A DNA stretch of 63,810 nucleotides, counting the filler, from Octopus bimaculoides (taxonomy: Eukaryota): the NCBI RefSeq assembly GCF_001194135.2. It is 5 parts of 4 records of this genome, joined end to end, with 100 filler letters (N's around TTAATTAATTAA, not from the genome) between each part and the next. Parts side by side here need not be neighbours in the genome. Positions count along the whole stretch, not along the records: positions 27,910 to 51,170 come from NC_068986.1; 4 more parts are not named here. One strand, 5' to 3'. The notes below the pieces were generated by a model. The model saw nothing but the letters and a program-made list of their open reading frames with translations. It made no database searches and was not told the origin of the DNA. Position numbers and translations under genes: made by a program. Positions 36,714 to 48,907 of this stretch are shown here, in pieces (position 1 is the first letter of the stretch; each line of letters starts with the position of its first letter).

Positions 36714-37833
36714 CAATGTGTCAGTTTTTTATGTCATTTGTATGAATTTAAGAAAAGACGCGTATCTCATCAAAGAAAAGCTATATTTGAAAACAAACTG
36801 GTACAAATGATCAAGAGAATACTTTTATCGTCCCTGTTTGATGAACCCATCGTTAGTATTAATGGCCACTTCAACACGGGATCGGAAGCGTTGACAAGTA
36901 CAAATCCGATGATCTTTATCAATTTTGGACACAACGCTGGATATGGCGGATTCGAGAAATTGTATGGTGTAATGGGTGTTGATTCCGTTTTCTCCATACG
37001 TAGCAGGCTATTGAATTGAGGTCTGGTGAGCTAGGAGGCCATATGTCAGAGAAAACATGATCATGGAGATTAGCACGCGTTCAAGCTTGGGTTGTCCTAG
37101 CCTTATGAGACGGCGGAGAGTCTTGTTGGAAGGCGTATGGTCTTCCGTTGCGTAATCTGTCTATCCAGGGCCTCAGACAGAGGCATTGACTCTTGAGGCC
37201 TGTGAAGGGAAGAGGCATGACATCTTCCTCGTTGCTGATGAGTCCTAGAAGCATCACAGTTGCTGGGAACTAAGTATGCATGACCGTCGGAATCTCATTC
37301 AGGTCTCTGTATCATAATCTGTCGTTCCATCAATTTACCTTTTGCATCTGGTCAAAGTTTTTCTTACTGGAGAAAACCAAAACATTCCAGCCTCTTGGTG
37401 ATTTAACTTGTTAAGCAAGCGCTTTGCGCGGATCAAACGATTCTCTCTTGTCAAATCCGGTATAAACTGACCCACCCATCCTGTATCATATGATTTGTAC
37501 AGGATTTTCTCATGCACAGCTCTTTTGATGGTGCATTCTGAAACCGTGAGGTTTTTTGTGCGTTTTGCATTTAGCTGCTGATGTTGGACTTCCGTCAGCA
37601 GCTTCCAACTCCTTTCTAAATTTGACAACAAAGGATCAGGCAACTTTCAGGAAGTGAACTATTTCTGTATCACTATGCTACACTTTTAGAGCAACGATTA
37701 CAGCATGCTTTTTCATTTGCTGGTTCAATCTGATGTCTGACACTATTTATCCGAAGATTAAAGCTAAACAAATTGAGTTAGAAGAAAGTTTTAGCTCTTG
37801 AAATAGTTGTCCGCAACAAACTGACGGCCCCTG
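36714..37833 (-). mobile_element. DD37D (maT-type) transposon remnant
   Basis: RLIRAKRLLNKLNH..WF, FPATVMLLGLISNE, RPYAFQQDSPPSHKA, WPPSSPDLN, QRFRSRVEV. Flanked by TA; terminus CAGGGGCCGTCAG at 37833. Confidence 0.8.
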
Positions 37834-38582
37834 TATACATATATTATATTATATTATATTATATTAAAAATGAACTTCAATCTTGCTTGCTTGCAATGTT
37901 ACACAGCCAAACTAGCGCATAATGAGAAAATACTTTGAATTAAGGTCCTCCTGAAAGGTGGATAGAAACAGAATAAAACAAGTTTCACGTAAATCAGACA
38001 AATAGTTCCTGAAATAGTAGGGATTTTGCGGGGTATAAGTACCCAAAACGGTGCATAATGGGAAAATACACCGAAAATGATTTAACCCTGAAAGAGAAGA
38101 GACTCTAACCTATCGATTCGACACATTATGATGGGTAAAAGTGTTAGTGACGAAAAAATACGAGTCGTTTTTTTATAGTAAATGTTTCTACTTTCGCTTT
38201 TGTTAAGCACAATATTCTAATCATTTAGAAATATTTTTAAGTGAATGTGATTTTGAAAATGTAAGTTGTTTGTACAGTAAGTACTTATATTTTAGCTTTC
38301 TTTAAACAGACAATGATTTAATCTCTTTAAAAATTATTTTCAAGTGAGTACCATTACAAAAATATTTTTGGCATATTTAAAAATATTTTAAAGTGAAAAT
38401 GACTTTAAAAATATGCTAAATATTTCGTAATATCATATAGTACAGTAAATTATTTCAGTCTAGCATAACATTATCGATCTGTCTTTCTCGAATGTTTAAA
38501 TTGCATTTAGATAGATAGGTGTATGTATGTATGAATATATATATATATATATATATATAAATATATATATATGTGGGATGGG

Positions 38583-39058
38583 GAATTAAGGCTACCATTG
38601 GTTTCATGTTGAGACAAGTAGGAAAATATCCTAGTGTCTTAAAATTTTTGGAGCCGATCACATGGAGAAAGGTGTTCGCCTCCTTTCCTGAACGTCAAAT
38701 CTTAACATACATAGCACAGAAGAAATATATCCCAATGACGAACTACCCCAGCACACAAGTATAAGAACAACACAACCAGAACAAAACCAAATAATGTAAA
38801 CAAATTGACCACACAACAACTTACCCAAAAGACATATCCGGGGGAGACAAACACTCAAAAGTTGCTAGCCAAGAGTAACGTACCTTGGATCATTGTATTA
38901 TTCGCGACAATTCACGAGAACCTCCATGAACTAAAGGAGGCTGTGTTTTCCAAAATGGAGGCGAACACCTTTCTCCATATGATCGACTTGAAAAGTTGTT
39001 AAGACACTAGGGTATTTTCTTACTTTTTTTAACATGAAACCAATGGTAGCTTTAATTC
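38583..39058. mobile_element. MITE-like element with ~100-bp inverted arms
   Basis: 38583-38685 is inverted against 38955-39058 (GAATTAAGGCTACCATTGGTTTCATGTT / AACATGAAACCAATGGTAGCTTTAATTC; GGAGAAAGGTGTTCGCCTCC / GGAGGCGAACACCTTTCTCC). Confidence 0.7.
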
Positions 39059-39129
39059 AGAAATAAAGAGATTATATCCACCAATGCGGTGTTGAGCACT
39101 CATTTTCATCGTTCGACATTCACGTGTGC

Positions 39130-39198
<69 letters not shown>

Positions 39199-39199
39199 T

Positions 39200-39482
39200 G
39201 TATGATGGTCTCTCCCGTCGAACAGAACGTGTGAGCGTTCAAATTTTGCTGAACGACCTGCACAAATGATTTGTTTCTAGTGATCAAATGCATATTCCCT
39301 ACATTAGCTCACTCCTGCAATCAAATCGATATTTCCTGAACAGGTGCACGGTGTACACTACGTCACGTCAGGGGGTCGAAGTGCCTTGCTCAAGAACACA
39401 ATGCACCACCCATTCCAAGTACAGAAACCACGATCTCGCGATGGTGACTGCATCACCTTAACTACTCGGCCATGCGTCCTCA
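39200..39482 (-). mobile_element. tRNA-derived SINE family D
   Basis: Minus strand gcatggccgagtagttaagg (A-box) ... gtgttcttgagcaaggcactt core; related degenerate copy at 4503-4700(+). Confidence 0.6.
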
Positions 39483-41036
39483 TTATACAACGAGAAAAAA
39501 ACCGCATTACACGGAAAAGTCCGTACCGGTTAGAACTCACAACCTGTTAATTACTTCACCAATGCCGTATACACTCCATTATTTTCCTTGAACATCGCTC
39601 ACCAGCTGTGTGTGGGCGTGCATATGTGTGTGTGTGTTTGTATATCAATATCTGTGACTCTTTAAGTCTGTATGAATGGATTGGGCATCACAATGTATTT
39701 GAGCATCTAGCTACACACGTGTGCGCTTGCTTATTACTGCGAGTACAGCCAAACCGCTTGTGTGAATTTGCATGTGTGTGGTCGCAGTTATGGGGCCCCC
39801 ACCATCCACCTCCTCTCACTCTCTCTTTCGTATTATTATTGTCGCCATACATCGTAATATATATATATGCTTGTGTGTGTGTATGCGTATATGTGTGTTT
39901 GTGTATGTGCATGTGGGTGTGTGAGATCTGTTTATGTATTCATGTGTTCTGGGTTTTATCACACGTGTTTGTGAATGGTTGCGCAAGTATTTCTCTGTGC
40001 ACCCCGTATATATATATATATATATATATANNNNNNNNNNNNNNNNNNNNNNNNNNNNNNNNNNNNNNNNNNNNNNNNNNNNNNNNNNNNNNNNNNNNNN
40101 NNNNNNNNNNNNNNNNNNNNNNNNNNNNNNNNNNNNNNNNNNNNNNNNNNNNNNNNNNNNNNNNNNNNNNNNNNNNNNNNNNNNNNNNNNNNNNNNNNNN
40201 NNNNNNNNNNNNNNNNNNNNNNNNNNNNNNNNNNNNNNNNNNNNNNNNNNNNNNNNNNNNNNNNNNNNNNNNNNNNNNNNNNNNNNNNNNNNNNNNNNNN
40301 NNNNNNNNNNNNNNNNNNNNNNNNNNNNNNNNNNNNNNNNNNNNNNNNNNNNNNNNNNNNNNNNNNNNNNNNNNNNNNNNNNNNNNNNNNNNNNNNNNNN
40401 NNNNNNNNNNNNNNNNNNNNNNNNNNNNNNNNNNNNNNNNNNNNNNNNNNNNNNNATATATGCACATATATGTATGTATATATATATATATATATGTGTA
40501 TATATATGTGTATATATATATATATATACACATATATATATATGTGTGTGTGTGTGTGTATATATGTACTTACGTATTGGTGTTTGAATGCGTATATTAT
40601 GTATATACTTACATGTAGGTGTGTATATGTAACAGCAGGTAAGCGTGGGTGGGGATTGTAAAGAGTAATTGTGCGTGGGTGTGTTTTTCTTACCCGCCTG
40701 CGTTTGTTTACTAACAATCATTACATCTCCAGGCGTGTCAACAGGAAGCCAGAACACAGATACGCAGAGGCACGCCAGAGAGACTCACGGTTACATCTTG
40801 TAACGCACGAAATATATAGACACACATGCGCGCGCGCGAGCCTGCATGTGTATAGAAATAATCAACTAAGCTCTCACCGAAATCTGTCTTCGTCTCTCTC
40901 TTTGTCGCCCTCGCTCTCTCCTCTGTCTGTCTGTCTTCTCTCTGCCCTATCTGTCTGGGTATATGCGTGTCTGTTTATGTTTGTCTCTGTGTATATGTGC
41001 AATAAGAAGATCGCGTTATATTTACAAGTGTGTATG

Positions 41037-41088
<52 letters not shown>

Positions 41089-42330
41089 CGTGTATGTGTT
41101 TGTGTGTGTGATGAGAGTTACTTTAATCAAATTATTAAGAAGATTATTCACAGCAGAAAGGATTCCAAAACACAATTGCACGAGTATAATTATCCTTATA
41201 CGTGTTTCAATTCATACATACATACAAACATGCATATATATATACACACACACATTCTTATGTATGCATATATCTAGATATGCATACATACATACATACA
41301 TAATACTTACATATATCTACATATGGATTCTAGCATACATACATACATACATACATACATACATAAATATATTTATATATGCATACATACATACATACAT
41401 ATATCTACATATGGATTCTAGCGTACATACATACATACATATATTTATATATGCATACATACGTACAGACATGCAACAAGTTTAGAAAAAAGCATTTGAT
41501 TTGTTTAACTTGTGCAAGAAAGTATTCCAATGATGAACTGGTATGGTCCAGAATAATTATACCATACGTTACACACACACACACATAAATATATATGTGT
41601 GTGTAACTTAGCAGTTCGGCCTAAGACTGCGATAGAATAAGTATCAGTCTTTAAAAATAAACACTTAAGTCGATTCATTCGACTAAAATTCCTCAAGCGG
41701 AGTTCCAGCATGGCCATCAATAATACACTAAACTATATGGGAATAGAAGAAAGGTGTTTCTTCCATGACGCAACTCGCTCATCTCCGCATACACATGAAC
41801 AAAACATACATATATATATGGGGGATGTAACTGCACGTCTCAGATTGTGTGGGTGATCTGTGAGAAATGTAAGAAATGTATAATACACAATAAGCTGAAT
41901 ACCATTATTTATATTCTTTGACTTTCCCCGCTGTAGACTTACCAACCCACGCATTTGCTCAACAATATCGTACCTCTGTAACTCATGTACAGGAGTTCAC
42001 CCCCCAGTGTGTACACACATGTAATGTAGATGTGCACCAAACAACGCACATGCACAAATACATACACATAGGCGCATCTATACATACGCATGCATTCAAA
42101 TGTTCGTGTTTGTCAAAGGGAGAAGTACTCAATACTTTTTGTATAGTACGTTATTTATTTAAACTAGATTCTGTGTAGAGGTTCTGTTGATCTAAAACTT
42201 GAGTTGCAAGAAATAGAATTCGGTTTAAGGAAATGTGTGTCTTCTCTCTGCCCTATCTGTCTGGGTATATGCGTGTCTGTTTATGTTTGTCTCTGTGTAT
42301 ATGTGCAATAAGAAGATCGCGTTATATTTA

Positions 42331-42400
<70 letters not shown>

Positions 42401-42499
42401 TGTGTGTGTGCACGCGTGCGCGCATGTGCGTATACAGGTGCAAACTGTTTTTGCGGGCACATTTGGTGATTCAATGAAGCAATTTTGATAAGAAATTGT

Positions 42500-44372
42500 G
42501 CCCATGATCTTGATAAGTTTTACATAAGATTATTCTATGTATATACTTTTAGCTTTAATGACTGCTTCAATGTAGAACCAAAACGTTGGTATATCTGCAT
42601 TAATTGATTCTTAATGATTTCGAACATTATCTGTATAATAGCGGTCTTCATTGAAATATGGTATTATGACGTAATCGATTAGGTCTCTATTTCAACAATG
42701 CTCTAACCGTAGTAGTCCACTGGATTTCAAGGTGGTGAGTATGGATGCCACAAGTTTGGTGTTACACGATCATAAATATTACCTGACATGCATTCTTGGA
42801 TTACATGAGCTTTGTGAGAAGGCGCTGAGTCTTGTTGAAACGCGTGTGCTTTTCACTGCGTACATCATCCATTCAGAACTTAACAATTGTCTCCAGCATC
42901 CCAGCGTATCCAGTAACATTGGTTCTATGACCCTATAGAAAGTTGTGAGGTGTGATGATTTGACCTTCGTTATTAAAACCTCCACACACTATCATATTCG
43001 ATGGAAATTTAGTGTGCACCACTCTGGGGACTTCAGAAGGGAATGCACATAACAATTTATCTCATTCCCTGTTAGACGTTTGGTCTTGGTTTAAGTTTTT
43101 CTTATTAGAGAAGAACCAAAGCATGCTATATGTTCATGAGAGATTTTCATTTTATTAAGCTTTGTATCCTTCCATACGTTGGATATACAAATTTCACGAA
43201 GCGGTGATAGACACAACTGTCTTCACACGACATACTTCAAATTACTCCAATAAATACAAGCTCTCAACGATTTTCTACGACTTCCACGAACTATCAACGA
43301 CTCCTACGACTCCTCTCTCGTCTCAACCAGTACGCTACTTTTTATAAGAGTTCGGCTAGTCAATCCATCCAATCCCACAGGCATGTCAATGACTTTCGCC
43401 ACATCTCTTTTTGAGATCGACTTCCGTTGGAAGTTAATATTATTGATTTTTTTTCTTCCACCACATACTGTCTAATATATCTTCCATATACAGTTGAAAA
43501 TCCTTTCTCTGAAATTCCATAATGGGAAACCTTCAAATTCCAAAAGTCATTTTATAATGCTGCCATAAAACACTGAACCTAATTGAAATATTTGGGACTT
43601 TCATAAGTGGATATCCTCGTCGCCACTTTTGTATCCTTCTATATGTTGGATTATACAGATTTCCCGAAGCGGGGATAGACACAACTGCCTTTACACGATG
43701 CACTTCTAAATTACTCCACTAAACACGATACTCCAATAAATACAAATTCTCAATGATCTCAATGACTTCCTACGACTTCCACGAACTTTCAACAACTCCT
43801 GCGACTTCTCTCTCTTCTCAGCCAATACGCTATTTTTATAAGAGTTCAGCTGGTCCATTCTTTCAATCTCACAGGGGTGAGAATGACTCTCGCCACAACA
43901 TTAAGTAACCACTTGACACCGGTTGAATCATTTCTTATTTTTTATTGCCCACAAGGGGCTACACACAGAGGGGACAAACAAGGACAGACAAAGAGATTAA
44001 GTCGATTACATCGACCCCAGTGCGTAACTGGTAGTTAATTTATCGACCCCGAAAGGATGAAAGGCAAAGTCGACCTCGGTGGAATTTGAACCCAGAACGT
44101 AGCGGCACAGTTCTGATTGTCTACTTCGGTACCTGAAGTTCTTTCGGATTACCCTCATTGATTTTGCGGGATCATTATCGATAATGTTTTGAATCTGTCG
44201 GTATCCCAATGTTTAGACTGTTTCCTTCTCATTGATATGGCTGAAACATTCTTGCTAAAGGCTTCCAGTCGCATCCGAACTTTATGTACAAAAGCTAATG
44301 CAGCATTTAAAAAGTTGGCAATTTCTAAATCCCTGCGTTGCGCACATAAAGCAGCAATGATTGTGCGCATGC
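42500..44372 (-). mobile_element. DD37D (maT-type) Tc1/mariner transposon remnant, interrupted by the TRIM-like element and a SINE
   Basis: N-terminus MRTIIAALCAQRRDLEIANFLN...IDNDPAKSMR (44370-44110). C-terminus VVHTKFPSNMIV...FQQDSAPSHKA...LWHPYSPP*NPVDYY with 37 residues between the 2nd and 3rd Asp. Many stops. Confidence 0.8.
43160..43900 (-). mobile_element. Miniature LTR retroelement (TRIM-like or internally deleted Gypsy)
   Basis: Two diverged direct repeats of ~245-270 bp (43630-43900 and 43163-43403), both TGT...ACA on the minus strand. PBS TGGCGACGAGGAT at 43625-43613; purine tract AAAAAGAGA abutting the 3' LTR; ~225-bp non-coding interior; TTAAG direct repeat at 43155-59 and 43901-05. 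Confidence 0.8.
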
Positions 44373-44509
44373 CCCCCCCCCTCCACACACACACATGTAT
44401 ATGTGTGGGTATATATTTATGCAATTATACATATTGCATGTTTATATAGGTGCGTCTAACCATCTATTTTTCATTCTTTCCTCTACCTACCTTTCCCTGT
44501 CTCTCTTCC

Positions 44510-44545
<36 letters not shown>

Positions 44546-44784
44546 TATATACTTTATTTAAAAGCAGCAGAAATATAACAAAAGACTGTTACTCGAATGC
44601 AATCAAAAGTATATATGTATATATATGTGTGTGTGTGTGTGTGTATCTACATATGTATGTATATATACACATACACATATATAGTTATATATGCATATGT
44701 ATATATACATACATATATATATTACATAGATAGATACACAAATAAATAAATAGAGTTAAACGCAGGTGTTATTCAAATTCTTTT

Positions 44785-44872
44785 ACTTCCGACACATGTT
44801 TCGAAGACAACATTGGTATTATTCCAAAGGAAGAAAATGGTGTAAAACAATGTAATCTTCTCTTCGGGGAAA
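44785..44872 (-). ncRNA. Degenerate copy of the same hammerhead in the inverted pseudo-LTR
   Basis: Minus strand reads atttcCCGAAGAgaaga...tcttcGAAACatgtGTCggaagt. The core is CCGAAGA (U4C), stem I is one nt shorter and the stem III loop is no longer palindromic. Confidence 0.55.
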
Positions 44873-46030
44873 TAAAGAAATAAAACAGACTCGTCAATAA
44901 GACGTTTTAGCAGAATATGATGGATATGTATAATGATGAACGGAACGCTATTAAGTTTCTTTAAAAAACGTTAGAGGATATAACGTCGAAGGTAGTCTAT
45001 AGAAAGATGAGGGGTACAGGAAAGAAAAAAAGCAGAAATCAAATAAATGAGAAATATAGAACGGTATGTGAATTAAATAAAAGCCTAAAGTCTTGGAAAA
45101 AGATATATCTAGTAGAAGTGAAATGTAATTTTCCAAACAATTCTAGGTATTACTCTATTATCAACTCGCTCACTCTTAGGATTGGTTTTTTCAACACAAA
45201 ATATCTCTTACAAATTATCTCCTCTCATAATATTAGTCTGTTAAATAAGAATCCATTTACTAATACTAACATTAATTTAGCTAATACCAACTATCCCCCT
45301 AGAAATATTAATAACAAGGTTAACAAGTCAATTCCAACAGAATTAAGTTTATGTCTAGTAAATCTAAGATTAGAAACTCTATATACCAGTGTAAAATTAC
45401 TTCAGGCACCGATGTCTTTTTTATATAGGTAGTACTTCTCAGTAATCTAAAAGAATTTCTAATCATTACTCTACATTTAGGGATAGGAATAAACGTAACA
45501 GTACAGGGCTCAGTAGATTAATTTGGTATCTAAAAGACAATAATAAACAATTTCATTTAGATTGGTTGATTTTCTCCATTTCATTCCGATATGATAAAGG
45601 CAAAGAATTTTGTCAACTCTGTAATTGTGAGCTATTTTTATTCTTTTACAAAAAATCCCCTTGTAAACACGGTTATAGAGCGTGCTTAACGATGCAAACA
45701 TTGGCAGAAATATACCTTTAGTTCATATAAGTGATATCTATCATTATATATAATTTGAACATTGATTTTCTTCTTACATTTCACTTCCACTAGATATATC
45801 TTTTTCCAAAACTTTAGGCTTTTATTTAATTAACATATCGTTCTACATTTCTCATTTATTTGATTTCTGCTTTTTTTCTTTCCTTTACCCCTCCTCTTTC
45901 TATAGGCTACCTTTGACGTTATATCCTCTAACTTAAAAAAAAAAACAACTTAATAGCGTTCCGTTCATCATTATACATATCCATCATATTCTGTTAAAAT
46001 GTCTTATCGACAAGTTTGTTTTATTTCTTT

Positions 46031-46119
46031 ATTTCTCTGAAGAGAAGATTACATTGTTTTACACCATTTTATTCTATTGAAATAATACCAATGTTGTCTT
46101 CGAAACATATGTCGGAAGT
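46031..46119 (+). ncRNA. Minimal type I hammerhead ribozyme with an extended stem II
   Basis: Stem I 5' strand ATTTCT (46031-36); core CTGAAGA (46037-43); stem II GAAGA/TCTTC plus ACATTG/CAATGT; GAAA (46102-05); stem III C-ATAT-G with GTC cleavage triplet (46111-13); stem I 3' strand GGAAGT (46114-19). Confidence 0.75.
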
Positions 46120-46356
46120 AAAAGAATTTGAATAACACCTGCTTTTAACTCCATTTATTTATTTATATATATATTATACAACATATTTCACACAAACCCG
46201 GAGTTTCTACCTTTAAAAACAAAGTGTTACATCCTTATTACTTGTGTAATTTTTTTGCTGCCCTGGTAACTGTTTATCTATTTTTCCGTGTTAATTGTAA
46301 ACAAGGAAAATACACACATCTATTTATATATAGATGTATATGTATATATGTATGTA

Positions 46357-46392
<36 letters not shown>

Positions 46393-46817
46393 NNNNNNNN
46401 NNNNNNNNNNNNNNNNNNNNNNNNNNNNNNNNNNNNNNNNNNNNNNNNNNNNNNNNNNNNNNNNNNNNNNNNNNNNNNNNNNNNNNNNNNNNNNNNNNNN
46501 NNNNNNNNNNNNNNNNNNNNNNNNNNNNNNNNNNNNNNNNNNNNNNNNNNNNNNNNNNNNNNNNNNNNNNNNNNNNNNNNNNNNNNNNNNNNNNNNNNNN
46601 NNNNNNNNNNNNNNNNNNNNNNNNNNNNNNNNNNNNNNNNNNNNNNNNNNNNNNNNNNNNNNNNNNNNNNNNNNNNNNNNNNNNNNNNNNNNNNNNNNNN
46701 NNNNNNNNNNNNNNNNNNNNNNNNNNNNNNNNNNNNNNNNNNNNNNNNNNNNNNNNNNNNNNNNNNNNNNNNNNNNNNNNNNNNNNNNNNNNNNNNNNNN
46801 NNNNNNNNNNNNNNNNT

Positions 46818-46931
46818 TTCTTCTTCTTCTTCTTAATTCCCTTCTTCTTCTTCTTCTTCTTCTTCTTCTTCTTCTTCTTCTTCTTCTTCTTCTTCTTCTT
46901 CTTCTTCTTCTTCTTCTTCTTCTTCTTCTTC
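46818..46931. repeat. (TTC)n microsatellite, representative of dozens of (AT)n, (GT)n, (GA)n, (GATA)n, (TACA)n, (AAT)n and (GAT)n tracts
   Basis: Direct reading; nearly every N-gap is flanked by such a tract. Confidence 0.95.
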
Positions 46932-47836
46932 AACGCGGTGGCATCGTTGCTGGTAATGCACTTTAAAACAAGCTGCACTATCAGCGCCGATGTGCAGCCG
47001 TACTAGCACCGGCATCAGCTGCAGAAAATTGAGGAAGGAACAAGACAATACATTCCAGCAATAGCCAGCAGCCTCGCTCTCGCTATCGCTGTGAAGGAAA
47101 CATCTTCACATCTTGACCAAAGGGCTGTTTTTCCACTGGAGCAACCCCGCTTTGACACCTAACCCTCTTTTACCTCGGCCACTCAGCAATTACAATTCAC
47201 CACAGGGTCTAAGCAACAACAACAACAACAACACTACTATCAACATTACAAGAATCTCCATGATTCCATCATCTGTATGAACCCCGCTATCATCATTATC
47301 AGCATGTCGACCGGATGACCAGCACCGTTGCTGCCATTACAATCTACATTGAGGTCGACTCTGTGCAGTATATGAAAATCTGCTGGTAATAAAAGGTTTT
47401 ATCTGTTGTAGAACAAATATGCCTGAACAGAAACTGCGGTACAAATGAGTCAGTACAAATATTGCAAGGCAGTTTGTTCGACACACTAACTAGTCTGACA
47501 ATGCGACGTCTTAGACTCGCTGTTCTTGATGTTCTGCCGGATGAAAGGAGGGTGGAACGTAATAATGCCTATGTCTCCTTGCGACTACATAAACACCTAA
47601 AACAACTAGCGAGACTGTAGTACAAGCTATCATATCATAATCGCGTGCGAGTGACAGGCAAGCAATCTCTTCAAGATGATCTATCATCAGATACATCCTA
47701 GACACGATCATACCGTCTTCTTAAGGTTATGTAAAGGCTACAATGTGTAATGTATCCTTTCATTACGTAAAACGATAAGGTTTAATTTCAGCGGAGTCTG
47801 GAAGTTATTTTAAACAATTTGATCGTCCATCTTGAG

Positions 47837-48111
47837 CAGTGGTTCCCAATCGAGTTCCATAGACCTTTTTGGGGCCATATAACTCCTGAGGGTTTGTATA
47901 AGATTTTGCTGTTAAAATTAATGTACAATCAATTGATCGATCATACGATCCATAAGTTATTTTAACAATTTTTAAAATGTAATTCCTAATATTTTTAATC
48001 ATAAAAGTATAAAAGGGTTATTTTTTAAAACAACGAATGGCTATGAGAGTCCAGTAGAATAAAATAGGAATCAAAGGGGTCAATGGACAAAAAAATGCTT
48101 GAGAACCATTG
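47837..48111. mobile_element. hAT (Charlie-like) MITE
   Basis: TIRs CAGTGGTTCCCAA and TTGAGAACCATTG; degenerate 8-bp TSD ATCTTGAG / ATCTGGAA. Confidence 0.75.
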
Positions 48112-48397
48112 ATCTGGAAGCTAAAAGATGTAGTAGATTTCATAGATGTTCGAGATGTCTGTCATTTCGGGGCCAGCTTTTAGAATAGCAGTAGCTATGA
48201 AGGTCTTACTGAAAAAAACATGAGTGTAAGTAGGGATTAATATCATCTACATATGAAGCCGCATTCATGCTTTGTGATTAGCGAAAGAATCGAGTGCATA
48301 AAAGTCGTGCAGTTGTAGTTTAAAAAAGGGTTGTTGAAAGGATGAATTTTTGTGGTACGCCATTTAGAAAATTTCAGATTATATAATTCATATAAAC

Positions 48398-48653
48398 GTA
48401 GGAGTGGCTGTGTGGTAAGTAGCTTGCTTACCAACCACATGGTTCCGGGTTCAGTCTCACTGCGTGGCACCTTGGGCAAGTGTCTTCTACTATAGCCTCG
48501 GGCCAACCAAAGCCTTGTGAGTGGATTTGGTAGACGGAAACTGAAAGAAGCCCGTCGTATATATATANNNNNNNNNNNNNNNNNNNNNNNNNNNNNNNNN
48601 NNNNNNNNNNNNNNNNNNNNNNNNNNNNNNNNNNNNNNNNNNNNNNNNNNNNN

Positions 48654-48684
<31 letters not shown>

Positions 48685-48907
48685 TTGTGTGTCTGTGTTT
48701 GTCCCCCCAACATCGCTTGACAACCGATGCTGATGTGTTTACGTCCCCGTAACTTAGCGGTTCGGCAAAAAGAGACCGATAGAATAAGTACTAGGCTTAC
48801 AAAGAATAAGTCCTGGCGTCGATTAGCTCGACTAAAAGGCGGTGCTCCAGCATGGCCACAGTCAAATGACTGAAACAAGTAAAAGAGTAAAAGAGTAAAA
48901 GAGTAAA
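48398..48907 (+). mobile_element. tRNA-derived SINE family A (near full length; gap in the internal microsatellite)
   Basis: A-box tggctgtgtggt, B-box ggttcagtc, caccttgggcaagtgtctt core, internal (TA)(GT)n, 3' ctccagcatggcc, (AAAAGAGT)n tail. Confidence 0.85.

Larger units (their letters stand above)
44741..46164 (+). mobile_element. Penelope-like element (tentatively Nematis-type), 5'-truncated, with inverted pseudo-LTRs
   Basis: ~390-bp inverted repeats at 44741-45128 and 45774-46164 flank a decayed GIY-YIG endonuclease (about 45290-45725, +): SIYQCKITS..YIGSTSQ*SKRISNHYSTFRDRNKRNSTGLSRLIWYLKDNNKQFHLDWLI...YDKGKEFCQLCNCELFFIL...RCKHWQKY. Confidence 0.85.

Noticed and set aside
38040-38090. 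Strong minus-strand acceptor (tctcttctctttcag) as a candidate aGPCR exon
   Set aside because: Only weak donors follow and no frame resembles GAIN or another domain.
40694-40790. Candidate minus-strand exon (FWLPVDTPGDVMIVSKQTQA|gtaaga)
   Set aside because: Good donor but no clear acceptor and no recognisable homology; cannot be supported by eye.
45007-45432. 141-aa plus-strand ORF
   Set aside because: A composite of the inverted pseudo-LTR and off-frame Penelope endonuclease sequence; not a host gene.
46833-47048. Minus-strand ORF with a good polypyrimidine acceptor ending in poly-Glu
   Set aside because: The poly-E is a (GAA)n microsatellite, there is no donor or recognisable domain, and the other phases hit stops.
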